A DNA stretch of 64,000 nucleotides from an uncultured Pseudomonadales bacterium (GTDB taxonomy: Bacteria > Patescibacteriota > Microgenomatia > UBA1400 > PJMF01). The translations under genes and the position numbers were made by a program. Below the pieces are notes generated by a model, which searched no databases, was not told the DNA's origin, and saw nothing but the letters and a program-made list of their open reading frames with translations. How positions within the stretch are numbered: the stretch's first letter is position 1; each line of letters starts with the position of its first letter. Location: positions 76,465-140,464 of the forward strand of contig CAZOVA010000001.1 in assembly GCA_964583625.1 (NCBI GenBank), written 5' to 3'. Positions 40,025-48,203 of the stretch are shown here, piece by piece.

Positions 40025-41692
40025 TTAATTGTTTGGTAGACCAATGACTTCGGTGGGATTAAAAACCACCTTATTACTCTCCCGATCGAGGGTAAAAGTG
40101 CCAGCCACTTTGGTTTTAATTGAGCCGTCCTGATCATACTCAGCAAAGACAGCCGTCAAACCTTGATAGGGCTGCATATCCAAATGATGTTGACCCTCAG
40201 TCAGTTGGCGGAAAATATCACCCACCTCGGAGATTTGAGAAAGCTTTCCCTCTTGTCCAGTTATCTCAATCAATTGTCCAGCGGGGATGTTTCCCTTGCC
40301 ATTGGTAATTGTTTCTAAGTGGGCAGGGATTTTGGCAAAACTAAGAGTGTTCCACCATTTGGCGTCCTGTCTCTCTTCTGGCGTTATTAAATTACCATTA
40401 ATACTAATTGAGCCATCCCCGGAAATCTTCAAAACTTGTTCCTTGATAGAGGCGGGGATGGTGACGTCCACTCGATCAATCAACCGCAAATCATTTTCGC
40501 CTGCAACATTGGCATTGGAATAACGAAACTCTTGCTCGTCAACACTTGGATCCCAGAAAGAAGTAACGAATTTTTCAATAACTTGTCCTTGCGGGCTAGA
40601 AAATTCAATTTTACTTTGTAAATCCATCTCTGAACGACGAGGATCAATATAGTTGTTTTCGGCAGTTCCTCCAATTGGTAAAGCATCAATAAAGGTCTGC
40701 CGGGCAAGTGATTCTTCGCCGGCCATTACTTCTTGTGCCATTGAAGAGGCTTCTTGCTCTGTTGTGGGGAGCTTGTCGACACCAATAACTTCGGTGGGAT
40801 TGAAAACAATTTTTCCTTGTTCATTGGCCATAAATGTCCCTTTTACTTGCTGGGCAATCTCACCATTCTCTGCAAAAACAGTAAAAGCAGCATTAATTCC
40901 TGTATAAGGTCTTTTTTCTCCGTCTTCCAGCAAATGTTCTTGTCCTTCTTGCAGTTGAAAAGAGATATCTCTTCTTTCGGCCTCTAGTGAAGGTCTCTCA
41001 CCATTAATAAATAGTTGACCAGAAGGGCGATTACCATGACCATCGGTCATCACTTCTACTCCAGCAGGGAACACGCCGATATTAAGATTGTTCCAATAGC
41101 CACTATCTTGTTGTTGATCGGAACGGACCAAACCCTCTTGTGTGCCCAAAGAACCATCACCAGATATTTTTAAGGTTTGTTCCTGACTAGAAGCAGGAAT
41201 AAAATTAATAATTTTATCTACCAAATACTGACCCTCAGATTCTCTATTGGAAGAGAGGAAGGGGACACTTTCTGCCTGAGCATCAAATAAGGAAAGAATA
41301 AACTGTTTGACTTCTGGACCTTGTTCACCTACCACCTCAATATTATTGATAAAGTCGGCTTTGGCTTTCTCAGGATCAAGAAATTGTTTCTCCTGTGGTC
41401 CATCAGCCACTAATTCATTGAGAAAAGCTTGTCTTTGCTCTGTTTCTCCGGCGAGACCTTCTTCCAGCCAAGCTAAGTTTTCTTGCGAAGGCATAGTGCC
41501 AGCCGTTTCCAATTTTGTTTTTGTATCTGTTTTGCTATTAGGGTCGCTAGCTGCCTCAGCTTTTTGTCCACCGCCACCACTAAAAGCTAGACCAATAGCT
41601 GTTACAATGGCGGCCGCTCCCCTGGCAAGTTTCTTTTTCTCTTTTTTCTTAAACTCTTCTTCCGTCCCCGGATATCCTTGTTCTAAGGCCAT
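40025..41692 (-). CDS. Secreted acidic protein with two tandem copies of an unrecognised domain
   Basis: Basic plus hydrophobic signal ending AEA; internal duplication (LKISGDGS...PxGQL...PYxG...GTF...VFNPTEVIG twice). Confidence 0.75.
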   Translation of the reverse strand: MALEQGYPGTEEEFKKKEKKKLARGAAAIVTAIGLAFSGGGGQKAEAASDPNSKTDTKTKLETAGTMPSQENLAWLEEGLAGETEQRQAFLNELVADGPQEKQFLDPEKAKADFINNIEVVGEQGPEVKQFILSLFDAQAESVPFLSSNRESEGQYLVDKIINFIPASSQEQTLKISGDGSLGTQEGLVRSDQQQDSGYWNNLNIGVFPAGVEVMTDGHGNRPSGQLFINGERPSLEAERRDISFQLQEGQEHLLEDGEKRPYTGINAAFTVFAENGEIAQQVKGTFMANEQGKIVFNPTEVIGVDKLPTTEQEASSMAQEVMAGEESLARQTFIDALPIGGTAENNYIDPRRSEMDLQSKIEFSSPQGQVIEKFVTSFWDPSVDEQEFRYSNANVAGENDLRLIDRVDVTIPASIKEQVLKISGDGSISINGNLITPEERQDAKWWNTLSFAKIPAHLETITNGKGNIPAGQLIEITGQEGKLSQISEVGDIFRQLTEGQHHLDMQPYQGLTAVFAEYDQDGSIKTKVAGTFTLDRESNKVVFNPTEVIGLPNN

Positions 41693-41810
41693 AAGAACTC
41701 CTTTATTTGCTAGTCGATAATAATTTCATTATATCATAAGATACTTTTAGAGAGAAAATTTGCTTTTATTTAATTAAATAATTTAGTTAAATAGTTTGAT
41801 GTTTTCTTAA

Positions 41811-41841
41811 AAAGAAAGACCCCCGTTTTAAGGCGGGGGTC
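41811..41841 (-). terminator. Intrinsic terminator
   Basis: GACCCCCG/CGGGGGTC stem; the minus strand continues TTTCTTTT. Confidence 0.8.
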
Positions 41842-41870
41842 AGTCGAGAGCAACGCGCTCTCAGAAGTAC

Positions 41871-42680
41871 TTACCTGATCGGGTTGAGGGCGACGGTGTC
41901 GCCCATCTTAACGATCACAAAGTCATAGGTGCCGTCGTTGGCCAGGATGCGCACATCCAGGCCGTCGTACGGCTTGTTCTTCAGGTGCTCCACGGGAAGG
42001 AGAACCTGGATCCCAAGATCCCGGTATTCAGCCCAAGCATAGGGCTTAACACCGGCATCGAAGAGCTGGATGCTAGGCACCCAGCCCTTGCTGAAAACGA
42101 GCATCAGCTCGCCGTCAGCCGGGATGGTCATGAAGAACAAGGTATTCCTGCTGGGGTCTCCACCTTGGAGAGTCTCACCCAGCTTCTGTCCGTTCAAGAA
42201 CACCTCAACGAACGAACCGCTGATCTTGAGGACCTGTCCCGCTTTCACGGGGGTCCTCGCCACCTTGAGACCGTTTTCCTCAACGACGGTCAAGCCGTCG
42301 TTGAGCCACACAAAGTGTGGATTTTGATTCTCAATCTGGAAATATTGCCCCCAAGTAATGCGTTCAGCATCACTCAGGTTGACAATCCAGCCAGGCCCAT
42401 CATAGGTCTGAGTAGCTTGCTGCTGGAGATCCAAGGTCGCCAACAACTGCGCCACTTGCTCAGGGGTGCCGTAGAATACGGCCCCGCTGGGTAAGGTGAC
42501 AGGCACGAGTCCCGCGCCTTCCGCGAGGACGGTATTGGCGCCCAGCGCCAGGAGGATCAGGACAACAACGAGGATCATCAGTTTTTTCATGGGGTTTCCC
42601 TCCTTCTTAGCGCCTTGAGCGCTCTTTGTGGGGTTGATCCCCACCGTGGGTTCCTTGGTGTGCACGAACAGCTTCTTCAT
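41871..42680 (-). CDS. GC-rich secreted protein with one copy of the same domain; alternative start at 42590
   Basis: Signal peptide MKKLMILVVVLILLALGANTVLA from ATG 42590; both ATGs have AAGGAGG; GC clearly above the flanks. Confidence 0.75.
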   Translation of the reverse strand: MKKLFVHTKEPTVGINPTKSAQGAKKEGNPMKKLMILVVVLILLALGANTVLAEGAGLVPVTLPSGAVFYGTPEQVAQLLATLDLQQQATQTYDGPGWIVNLSDAERITWGQYFQIENQNPHFVWLNDGLTVVEENGLKVARTPVKAGQVLKISGSFVEVFLNGQKLGETLQGGDPSRNTLFFMTIPADGELMLVFSKGWVPSIQLFDAGVKPYAWAEYRDLGIQVLLPVEHLKNKPYDGLDVRILANDGTYDFVIVKMGDTVALNPIR

Positions 42681-42990
42681 GATTTTTACCTCCTTCGGTG
42701 GGGATCATGGACCCCGTTTAGTCAGACCTTGCTATCGCGAATAGCTAAGATCTGCCACTCAAAACTCAAGTCTTAAGTTCTCAGTGGCAGATCCTATACT
42801 AGGTTCAAGCAAGAAATAACTACACCAAAGTGGTTTCACTATTTTGACTTTGTTATAAGTATCTTCTGTTAAAAAGCGTGTTTAAGAAATATTGCTATTT
42901 CTTTTCACTCCCGCTTCAACTCTAAGAGTTTTTCGCCTTACCAAGCGAAATGCTTGAGAGGCAAGACCTTTCTTATGTTAAAGCGAACAC

Positions 42991-43019
42991 ATTATAGCAT
43001 AAGATATCTATTTTGTCAA
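42991..43019 (-). promoter_or_regulatory. Consensus sigma70 promoter of the GC-rich gene
   Basis: Minus strand TTGACA-17-TATAAT with extended TG. Confidence 0.85.
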
Positions 43020-43063
43020 TAGTCAATTATTATAAGTCTAATTATTGAAGAAATAAGAAAATA

Positions 43064-43549
43064 TTAGCCCACTTTTACTTTGGCCACCTGGAGCACTTGT
43101 CCATGGAGCAGGTATCCTGGAGTAATCACTTCGGTCACAACTTCATTTTCACCTGTTTTTTCTACCGCCTCCATTTTTTCTGGATCAAACTTTCCGCCCT
43201 CAAGCTCCATTTTTTGCAGACCTTGATCCTTGAGAGTTTGCCAAAATTGTTCCACTACCAAATTGAGTCCTTGGTCTTGCAAGTTTTCCGCTGCTAAACT
43301 CAGATGAGTTAAAGGCTGTAAAAGGCTAGAGAAGACCAAAACTTGTGCAGCCTTGATCAGCTGAGTTTGATCTTCTTTTTGTCGGCGAACAAGATTTTGA
43401 TAATCGGCCAAAGCTCGAGCTGTTTGCTCTTTACATGCTGCTATTTGCTTTTTGAGTTGAGAGTTCTCTTCAGCGAGATTATTTTTTTTATCAAATTTTC
43501 CTTGGAAATCATTTTTTTTAACAGAAACTCCTTTTTTATCTTGTAACAT
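43064..43549 (-). CDS. grpE: Nucleotide exchange factor GrpE
   Basis: RALADYQNLVRR, FDPEKMEAV, GYLLHGQVL..AKVKV. Confidence 0.93.
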   Translation of the reverse strand: MLQDKKGVSVKKNDFQGKFDKKNNLAEENSQLKKQIAACKEQTARALADYQNLVRRQKEDQTQLIKAAQVLVFSSLLQPLTHLSLAAENLQDQGLNLVVEQFWQTLKDQGLQKMELEGGKFDPEKMEAVEKTGENEVVTEVITPGYLLHGQVLQVAKVKVG

Positions 43550-43560
43550 AAGCTATTTTT

Positions 43561-44280
43561 CTAAATCATACTTTCCATCAATTGCTTGATATAGCGCATC
43601 ATCGGGATAACATAAGGATAGTCAAAACGACTAGAACCTAAAACGCCAAACTGATATTCGTCTTCACCAAGCATCACTTTGGAAAAAATCAAGCTGATAG
43701 GCTCTAGGTCGCGATTGCCTAATTCTTGACCATAGACGACTTGGACAGAATTTTCACTATTACCGAATTTGAAGATATCCTGCAAAACAGAGACCTCTTC
43801 AATTAAAGTCAAAACTTGACGCATCAGCGTAATATCATAAAATTCTGGCATTTGTAGTAAATTGGCATAGCCAGCGTGATAAACTTTGCACCCATTAATG
43901 ACGACGAAGCCCAAGGCGTGAGTTTGTTTGGCTAAACCTCTAGCGATTGCCCAAGCTAATTCTTCATGTTCATTGCGATTGAGCCAAATTTTTTCTTTTA
44001 CACCCACCTCATCGGCTACTGTCAAATCTTTTTCCTTCATCAGTTCATTGACATAGAGCTTGAGAGCTGAGCTGGTAGGCAAGCGACCAGAGCTAGAATG
44101 GTCTTTGGACAAATAACCTTGTTTTTCTAAAAAAACCATTTCATTACGAATAGTTGCTGGAGAAACTCCGAGATTGTATTTTTTATCCAAAGTTTCTGAA
44201 CCCACCGGCTTGGCCTCACGAATAAACTCCTCAACGATTAATTTGAGAATTTGTACTTGACGGGCTGTTAATCCGATCAT
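43561..44280 (-). CDS. hrcA: Heat-inducible repressor HrcA (short form)
   Basis: LTARQ.QIL..IVEEFI..AKPVGS, SPATIRNEM, HSSSGRLPT. Confidence 0.93.
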   Translation of the reverse strand: MIGLTARQVQILKLIVEEFIREAKPVGSETLDKKYNLGVSPATIRNEMVFLEKQGYLSKDHSSSGRLPTSSALKLYVNELMKEKDLTVADEVGVKEKIWLNRNEHEELAWAIARGLAKQTHALGFVVINGCKVYHAGYANLLQMPEFYDITLMRQVLTLIEEVSVLQDIFKFGNSENSVQVVYGQELGNRDLEPISLIFSKVMLGEDEYQFGVLGSSRFDYPYVIPMMRYIKQLMESMI

Positions 44281-44305
44281 AATTATCTTTCTCTCACAAT
44301 TTCAA

Positions 44306-44340
44306 GTAGCAATTATATAGCAAGACTGCCAGTTTGTCAA
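44306..44340 (-). promoter_or_regulatory. hrcA sigma70 promoter overlapped by a degenerate CIRCE-like element
   Basis: TTGACA(44340-44335)-17-TATAAT(44317-44312); CTGGCAGTC-N9-AATTGCTAC matches TTAGCACTC-N9-GAGTGCTAA at 6/9 per arm. Confidence 0.6.
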
Positions 44341-44473
44341 TTTTAAGCCTGATTTTGATTTTTTCATTTAGTTTTTGCTCATCACTTGACAAAAGAGTTT
44401 TATTAATGATAGAATGCAAGACATAACTTGCAAAAGTTACATTAGTTATTAATTGAAAGAAAGGTTTCTTTAT

Positions 44474-44893
44474 ATGAAGAAAGTCTTGAATAAGATCAGC
44501 ACAGCTGCTTCTTTGGGAGTGATTGCTTTGAGCAATGCTGGTATGGCTTTTGCTCAAGGGGGAAGAGCTGGAGTTAACATGGGCACTAATACCATTTTTC
44601 AAACTGGCGGTACAGCTGTAACTTCTGACCCCACGGTTTTGATTAAAAATGTAGTTAATCTGATTTTAATTTTGGCAGGCGCCTTAGTGTTTGCCTATTT
44701 AATCTGGGGAGCGATTAAATGGATTACTTCTGGTGGTGATAAATCCAAAGTGGAAGAAGCTAGAAATAAAATTACTTCAGCTATCGTCGGTCTTTTGATT
44801 TTAGCCGCTGTTTGGGCCATCTTCAACTTGGTCCTCACCATTGCTTTCGGAGCTGGAGACATGACGATCAAGTCATTAAACACTGCCACCTAA
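44474..44893 (+). CDS. VirB2/TrbC-like pilin 1
   Basis: Signal peptide (AFA), two TMs around WITSGGDKSKVEEARNKITSAIVGL; own promoter at 44386-44415. Confidence 0.8.
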   Translation: MKKVLNKISTAASLGVIALSNAGMAFAQGGRAGVNMGTNTIFQTGGTAVTSDPTVLIKNVVNLILILAGALVFAYLIWGAIKWITSGGDKSKVEEARNKITSAIVGLLILAAVWAIFNLVLTIAFGAGDMTIKSLNTAT

Positions 44894-44923
44894 TTTGCTA
44901 ATTTTTAAAATATAAAAATTCTC

Positions 44924-44951
44924 AAACCCCTCTTAAAAAAGAGGGGTTTTT
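44924..44951 (+). terminator. Intrinsic terminator after pilin 1
   Basis: AAACCCCTCTT/AAGAGGGGTTT plus T-tract. Confidence 0.8.
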
Positions 44952-44989
44952 GTTTGACAAAGAGCCTCTTGTTTGATACACTCATCCTC

Positions 44990-45448
44990 ATGAACTTTAA
45001 ATTTATGAAAAAATTTCACTTAAAATCACCAATGGTCTTATTTTTGTCGGTCATTTTGTTTTTTGGACAAATACAGGCGGCGAGTCCAAATCCGAGTCCA
45101 AATCCGAGTCCAAATCCTAATACTGCTTATGCAATTGACTCTTTTAAACCTCAAAATATGAATGTAGCAACTGATGCCTCTAGTTTGATTGTTAATATTG
45201 TCAATACAGTAATTATGGTGGCTGTTATTTTAGCTTTTGTTTATTTACTCTACGGAGGTTTGTCGATGATCACCTCTGAAGGTGATGCGGCCAAAAAAGC
45301 CACCGCCAGACAAAGAATGACTTGGGCAGCGATTGGATTATTGATTTTTGCTGGTTCTTGGGCAATATTCAATTTAATCACCACCGTCGCTTTTGGCGGC
45401 ACAGACGTAGAATTGCCAGTATTTACTGACGAACAAGCTAATACTTAG
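44990..45448 (+). CDS. VirB2/TrbC-like pilin 2
   Basis: Same fold pattern (MITSEGDAAKKATARQRMTWAAIGL); promoter TTGACA-17-TACACT at 44954-44982; start 44990 or 45005. Confidence 0.78.
   Translation: MNFKFMKKFHLKSPMVLFLSVILFFGQIQAASPNPSPNPSPNPNTAYAIDSFKPQNMNVATDASSLIVNIVNTVIMVAVILAFVYLLYGGLSMITSEGDAAKKATARQRMTWAAIGLLIFAGSWAIFNLITTVAFGGTDVELPVFTDEQANT
45081..45116 (+). repeat. 3 x 12-bp tandem repeat (CGAGTCCAAATC) encoding (SPNP)3
   Basis: Read directly from the sequence. Confidence 0.9.
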
Positions 45449-45469
45449 TGTAATAAAGAAAGATACTAT

Positions 45470-46430
45470 TAAAATTATGAAAAAAGGTTTCTTAAAAATT
45501 GGTAAAAGTCTTTTACTAAGTTTTTCTCTTTTAGCTTTGGCTTTTGTTCCAGTAGCGGCTCAAACCGACGAGAAAATCAAGGTGAGCACCTTTACTCAAT
45601 CAGCTGGTGATAAAGTGCCTACTAGTTCTACTGTTTTAATCACCAATATCGTCAATACTGTCTTAATTGTGGCTGCCGCTTTAGTTTTTGCCTATTTAAT
45701 CTATGGAGCTATTAGCTGGATTACTTCAGGTGGTGATAAATCCAAAGTAGAAACAGCCAGAAATAGAATTACCTCTGCCGCTTTAGGAATTCTCATTCTT
45801 GCTTCTGTTTGGGCCATCTACAATCTAGTTTTAACAATTGCTTTTGGCGGTCAAGATTTGCAAATTAAGAATTTGAATGAAGGAGTGGCAAACAGAATAA
45901 ATCAAGGAACCAGAAAAGACGAAACGGATAAAAGAGAAAAAGAAAGAGCTATATAAACTAGCCGTAACGAGGTAAAACTTTGAAAGTAAAAAAGGTAAAG
46001 AAAGGTATTAAAATAAAATTATGAAAAAAGGTTTCTTAAAAATTGGTAAAAGTCTTTTACTAAGTTTTTCTCTTTTAGCTTTGGCTTTTGTTCCAGTAGC
46101 GGCTCAAACCGACGAGAAAATCAAGGTGAGCACCTTTACTCAATCAGCTGGTGATAAAGTGCCTACTAGTTCTACTGTTTTAATCACCAATATCGTCAAT
46201 ACTGTCTTAATTGTGGCTGCCGCTTTAGTTTTTGCCTATTTAATCTATGGAGCTATTAGCTGGATTACTTCAGGTGGTGATAAATCCAAAGTAGAAACAG
46301 CCAGAAATAGAATTACCTCTGCCGCTTTAGGAATTCTCATTCTTGCTTCTGTTTGGGCCATCTACAATCTAGTTTTAACAATTGCTTTTGGCGGTCAAGA
46401 TTTGCAAATTAAGAATTTGAATGAAGGAGT
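45470..46430 (+). repeat. 417-bp direct repeat (45470-45886 = 46014-46430)
   Basis: Identical by eye, offset 544 bp; covers the first ~137 codons of pilins 3 and 4. Confidence 0.92.
45477..45956 (+). CDS. VirB2/TrbC-like pilin 3
   Basis: Same pattern as pilin 1; charged C-terminal tail. Confidence 0.8.
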   Translation: MKKGFLKIGKSLLLSFSLLALAFVPVAAQTDEKIKVSTFTQSAGDKVPTSSTVLITNIVNTVLIVAAALVFAYLIYGAISWITSGGDKSKVETARNRITSAALGILILASVWAIYNLVLTIAFGGQDLQIKNLNEGVANRINQGTRKDETDKREKERAI

Positions 46431-46533
46431 AGCGGAAAATGCTGCTCCCCTTGGCGGCGGCGTTGGAGGTGGCGCCCTTGGCGGCGGCGTTGGAGGTGGC
46501 GCAGGTTCTGTTGTCATGACTGCTGCTGAATAG
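46021..46533 (+). CDS. VirB2/TrbC-like pilin 4
   Basis: Identical to pilin 3 up to NLNEGVA, then a Gly-rich tail with a 2 x 27-bp repeat (46448-46501). Confidence 0.8.
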   Translation: MKKGFLKIGKSLLLSFSLLALAFVPVAAQTDEKIKVSTFTQSAGDKVPTSSTVLITNIVNTVLIVAAALVFAYLIYGAISWITSGGDKSKVETARNRITSAALGILILASVWAIYNLVLTIAFGGQDLQIKNLNEGVAENAAPLGGGVGGGALGGGVGGGAGSVVMTAAE

Positions 46534-46570
46534 TAATATTTAAAAAGAAAGTAAGGCTTAAAAAATAACT

Positions 46571-46597
46571 CCCTCACTTGTAAAAGTGAGGGTTTTT
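46571..46597 (+). terminator. Intrinsic terminator after the pilin cluster
   Basis: CCCTCACTT/AAGTGAGGG plus TTTTT. Confidence 0.8.
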
Positions 46598-46610
46598 AGT
46601 TTGCTAATAA

Positions 46611-47147
46611 TCAAGCTCGTAAATATTCAAAACTGTGCAAAGTTCGCCCAGTCAATTCACTCACTAGAGAACTAACAGAGCACTGCATTTCTTTTTGTTG
46701 ATCCCAATAACCTAGTTCTGCCAATAAGGCTTGGAAAGACTCTTTTATTTTTTGATTGTTCATGTTTTGTAAGAGTAGTTCCCTCAAACTCAGCACTTGC
46801 TGAAAGAGATGAGGAGAAAGCTCTTCTTCAGTCAATAATAAATCAATAATCTCCAAATAAAGCAGAAAACGACGCAAACGACTTAAAGAGAAGCGAGTTT
46901 CGCCGATAGTGCCCACGAGGCAGGCTTGAGTTAAAATAGGCCAAGATTTGGTTTTAACAAGTTGCACTTGAACCAAATTGCCTGGTTCAAGATAGGGTCT
47001 TTTTTTGGAGTTTAACTTGCAAGTGCCTTTGGCAACAGTAATAATTTTTCCCAGCTCGCAAGTGAGAAGAGTGACCAATAGGTCACTCTCTCTACTTTTT
47101 TTCACTTTGATCACAATCGCTAAAAGATTGCGACTTTTATATTTCAC
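46611..47147 (-). CDS. recO: DNA repair protein RecO (short)
   Basis: AIVIK....ESDLLVTLLT.ELGKI..VAKG...NSK N-terminal OB-fold signature. Confidence 0.85.
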   Translation of the reverse strand: MKYKSRNLLAIVIKVKKSRESDLLVTLLTCELGKIITVAKGTCKLNSKKRPYLEPGNLVQVQLVKTKSWPILTQACLVGTIGETRFSLSRLRRFLLYLEIIDLLLTEEELSPHLFQQVLSLRELLLQNMNNQKIKESFQALLAELGYWDQQKEMQCSVSSLVSELTGRTLHSFEYLRA

Positions 47148-47152
47148 CGTTT

Positions 47153-48184
47153 TTATTCTTCGTCTTCTTGACGGGCTTTCTTCAATTTCTCATCTAATTT
47201 GTTCAGCTTTTCTTCTTCTAGATCGAGCATTTTGGCATATTTTTTACGAGTAGTAACGCTGACGATGATAATTAAAATAATTACTAATAAGATGGCTAAG
47301 ATAGTGCGAACGGGCACAATCCAAAACCGAGCTTCTACTGGTACTAGCTCTTTACCGCTGCTTGCCCCATAAATACCACTCAAGTGGGCAGTGTAGCGAC
47401 CGAAACCCCAATGAGCATTCCATTCGCCCTTCATCTCTCTTTCACTATCAGGAAAGATATTTTTTTGTTCTGGAGCTAAGGTAGCCATTTCTTTGCCAAA
47501 CATATTTTTAATGACAATTTTTGTTTCTGGACGAATATGTAAGCTAGAATTATTTTCTATTTTGTAACTATAAGCAACTGGGCCAAATTCGCTAAATTTT
47601 TTGAAAGCAAAATCTTTTATTTCAGCTTCTTCGGCGATTTCTCCATCAACTACGACATAGAGAAGTGTTCCTACTTGAGCAGTAATTTTAGCCCCAGTAG
47701 TTTCTGTTTCTCCTGTTCCCATTGCTGGTTTGTGTAAAACCATAGCATAACGTCCCCCTGGAAGAGCATCTTCTGGCACATTAATAGTGACCATTAAAGC
47801 AGCTGAGCCATAAGGCTTCAAAGCTACATTATTGGGAGTGACTGTCAGCCATTGAGCCAAGCTCCATTTACTACTCACTTCATCCTCAACAGCAATCGGC
47901 GTTTCTCCGTCTGGAGCGATAATAAAATCACGAGCAAAAGTTTCCACGGTGGCGGGATAAGCTGAAGGATTGCGAACTTCAATAGTAGTTTGAGTTTTTT
48001 GTCCTGGCTTAACCACTAAGCTGTAATCATCACCTAAGCGGGGAGGAACGGCAGTCAGAGCAATTTCTCCAGGGTTGGCCACAGGAGGAGTGTCTGTTTG
48101 GGCCCAAATTTGACTGGAGAAAAGACCTAAAAATCCCCCAACTATTAGTAGGGTGAGAGAGGAGATTTTATTAATTGATTTCAT
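47153..48184 (-). CDS. DUF916/WxL-interacting-like surface protein with C-terminal TM anchor
   Basis: Signal peptide, VKPGQ, INVPEDALPGGRYA, IEN.S.LHIRP, GFGRYTA, TM followed by a basic tail. Confidence 0.65.
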   Translation of the reverse strand: MKSINKISSLTLLIVGGFLGLFSSQIWAQTDTPPVANPGEIALTAVPPRLGDDYSLVVKPGQKTQTTIEVRNPSAYPATVETFARDFIIAPDGETPIAVEDEVSSKWSLAQWLTVTPNNVALKPYGSAALMVTINVPEDALPGGRYAMVLHKPAMGTGETETTGAKITAQVGTLLYVVVDGEIAEEAEIKDFAFKKFSEFGPVAYSYKIENNSSLHIRPETKIVIKNMFGKEMATLAPEQKNIFPDSEREMKGEWNAHWGFGRYTAHLSGIYGASSGKELVPVEARFWIVPVRTILAILLVIILIIIVSVTTRKKYAKMLDLEEEKLNKLDEKLKKARQEDEE

Positions 48185-48203
48185 AAAGTTTTATTTCCCT
48201 TTC

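Noticed and set aside
41985-42494. 169-aa plus-strand ORF
   Set aside because: Antisense shadow of the GC-rich gene, which has the SD, signal peptide and paralogy.
44294-44602. 102-aa minus-strand ORF upstream of hrcA
   Set aside because: It overlaps pilin 1 antisense and both divergent promoters, with no coding features.
45470-46430. Duplicated pilin as a DGR template/variable repeat pair
   Set aside because: The copies are identical (no adenine-specific mismatches) and no reverse transcriptase is in the window.
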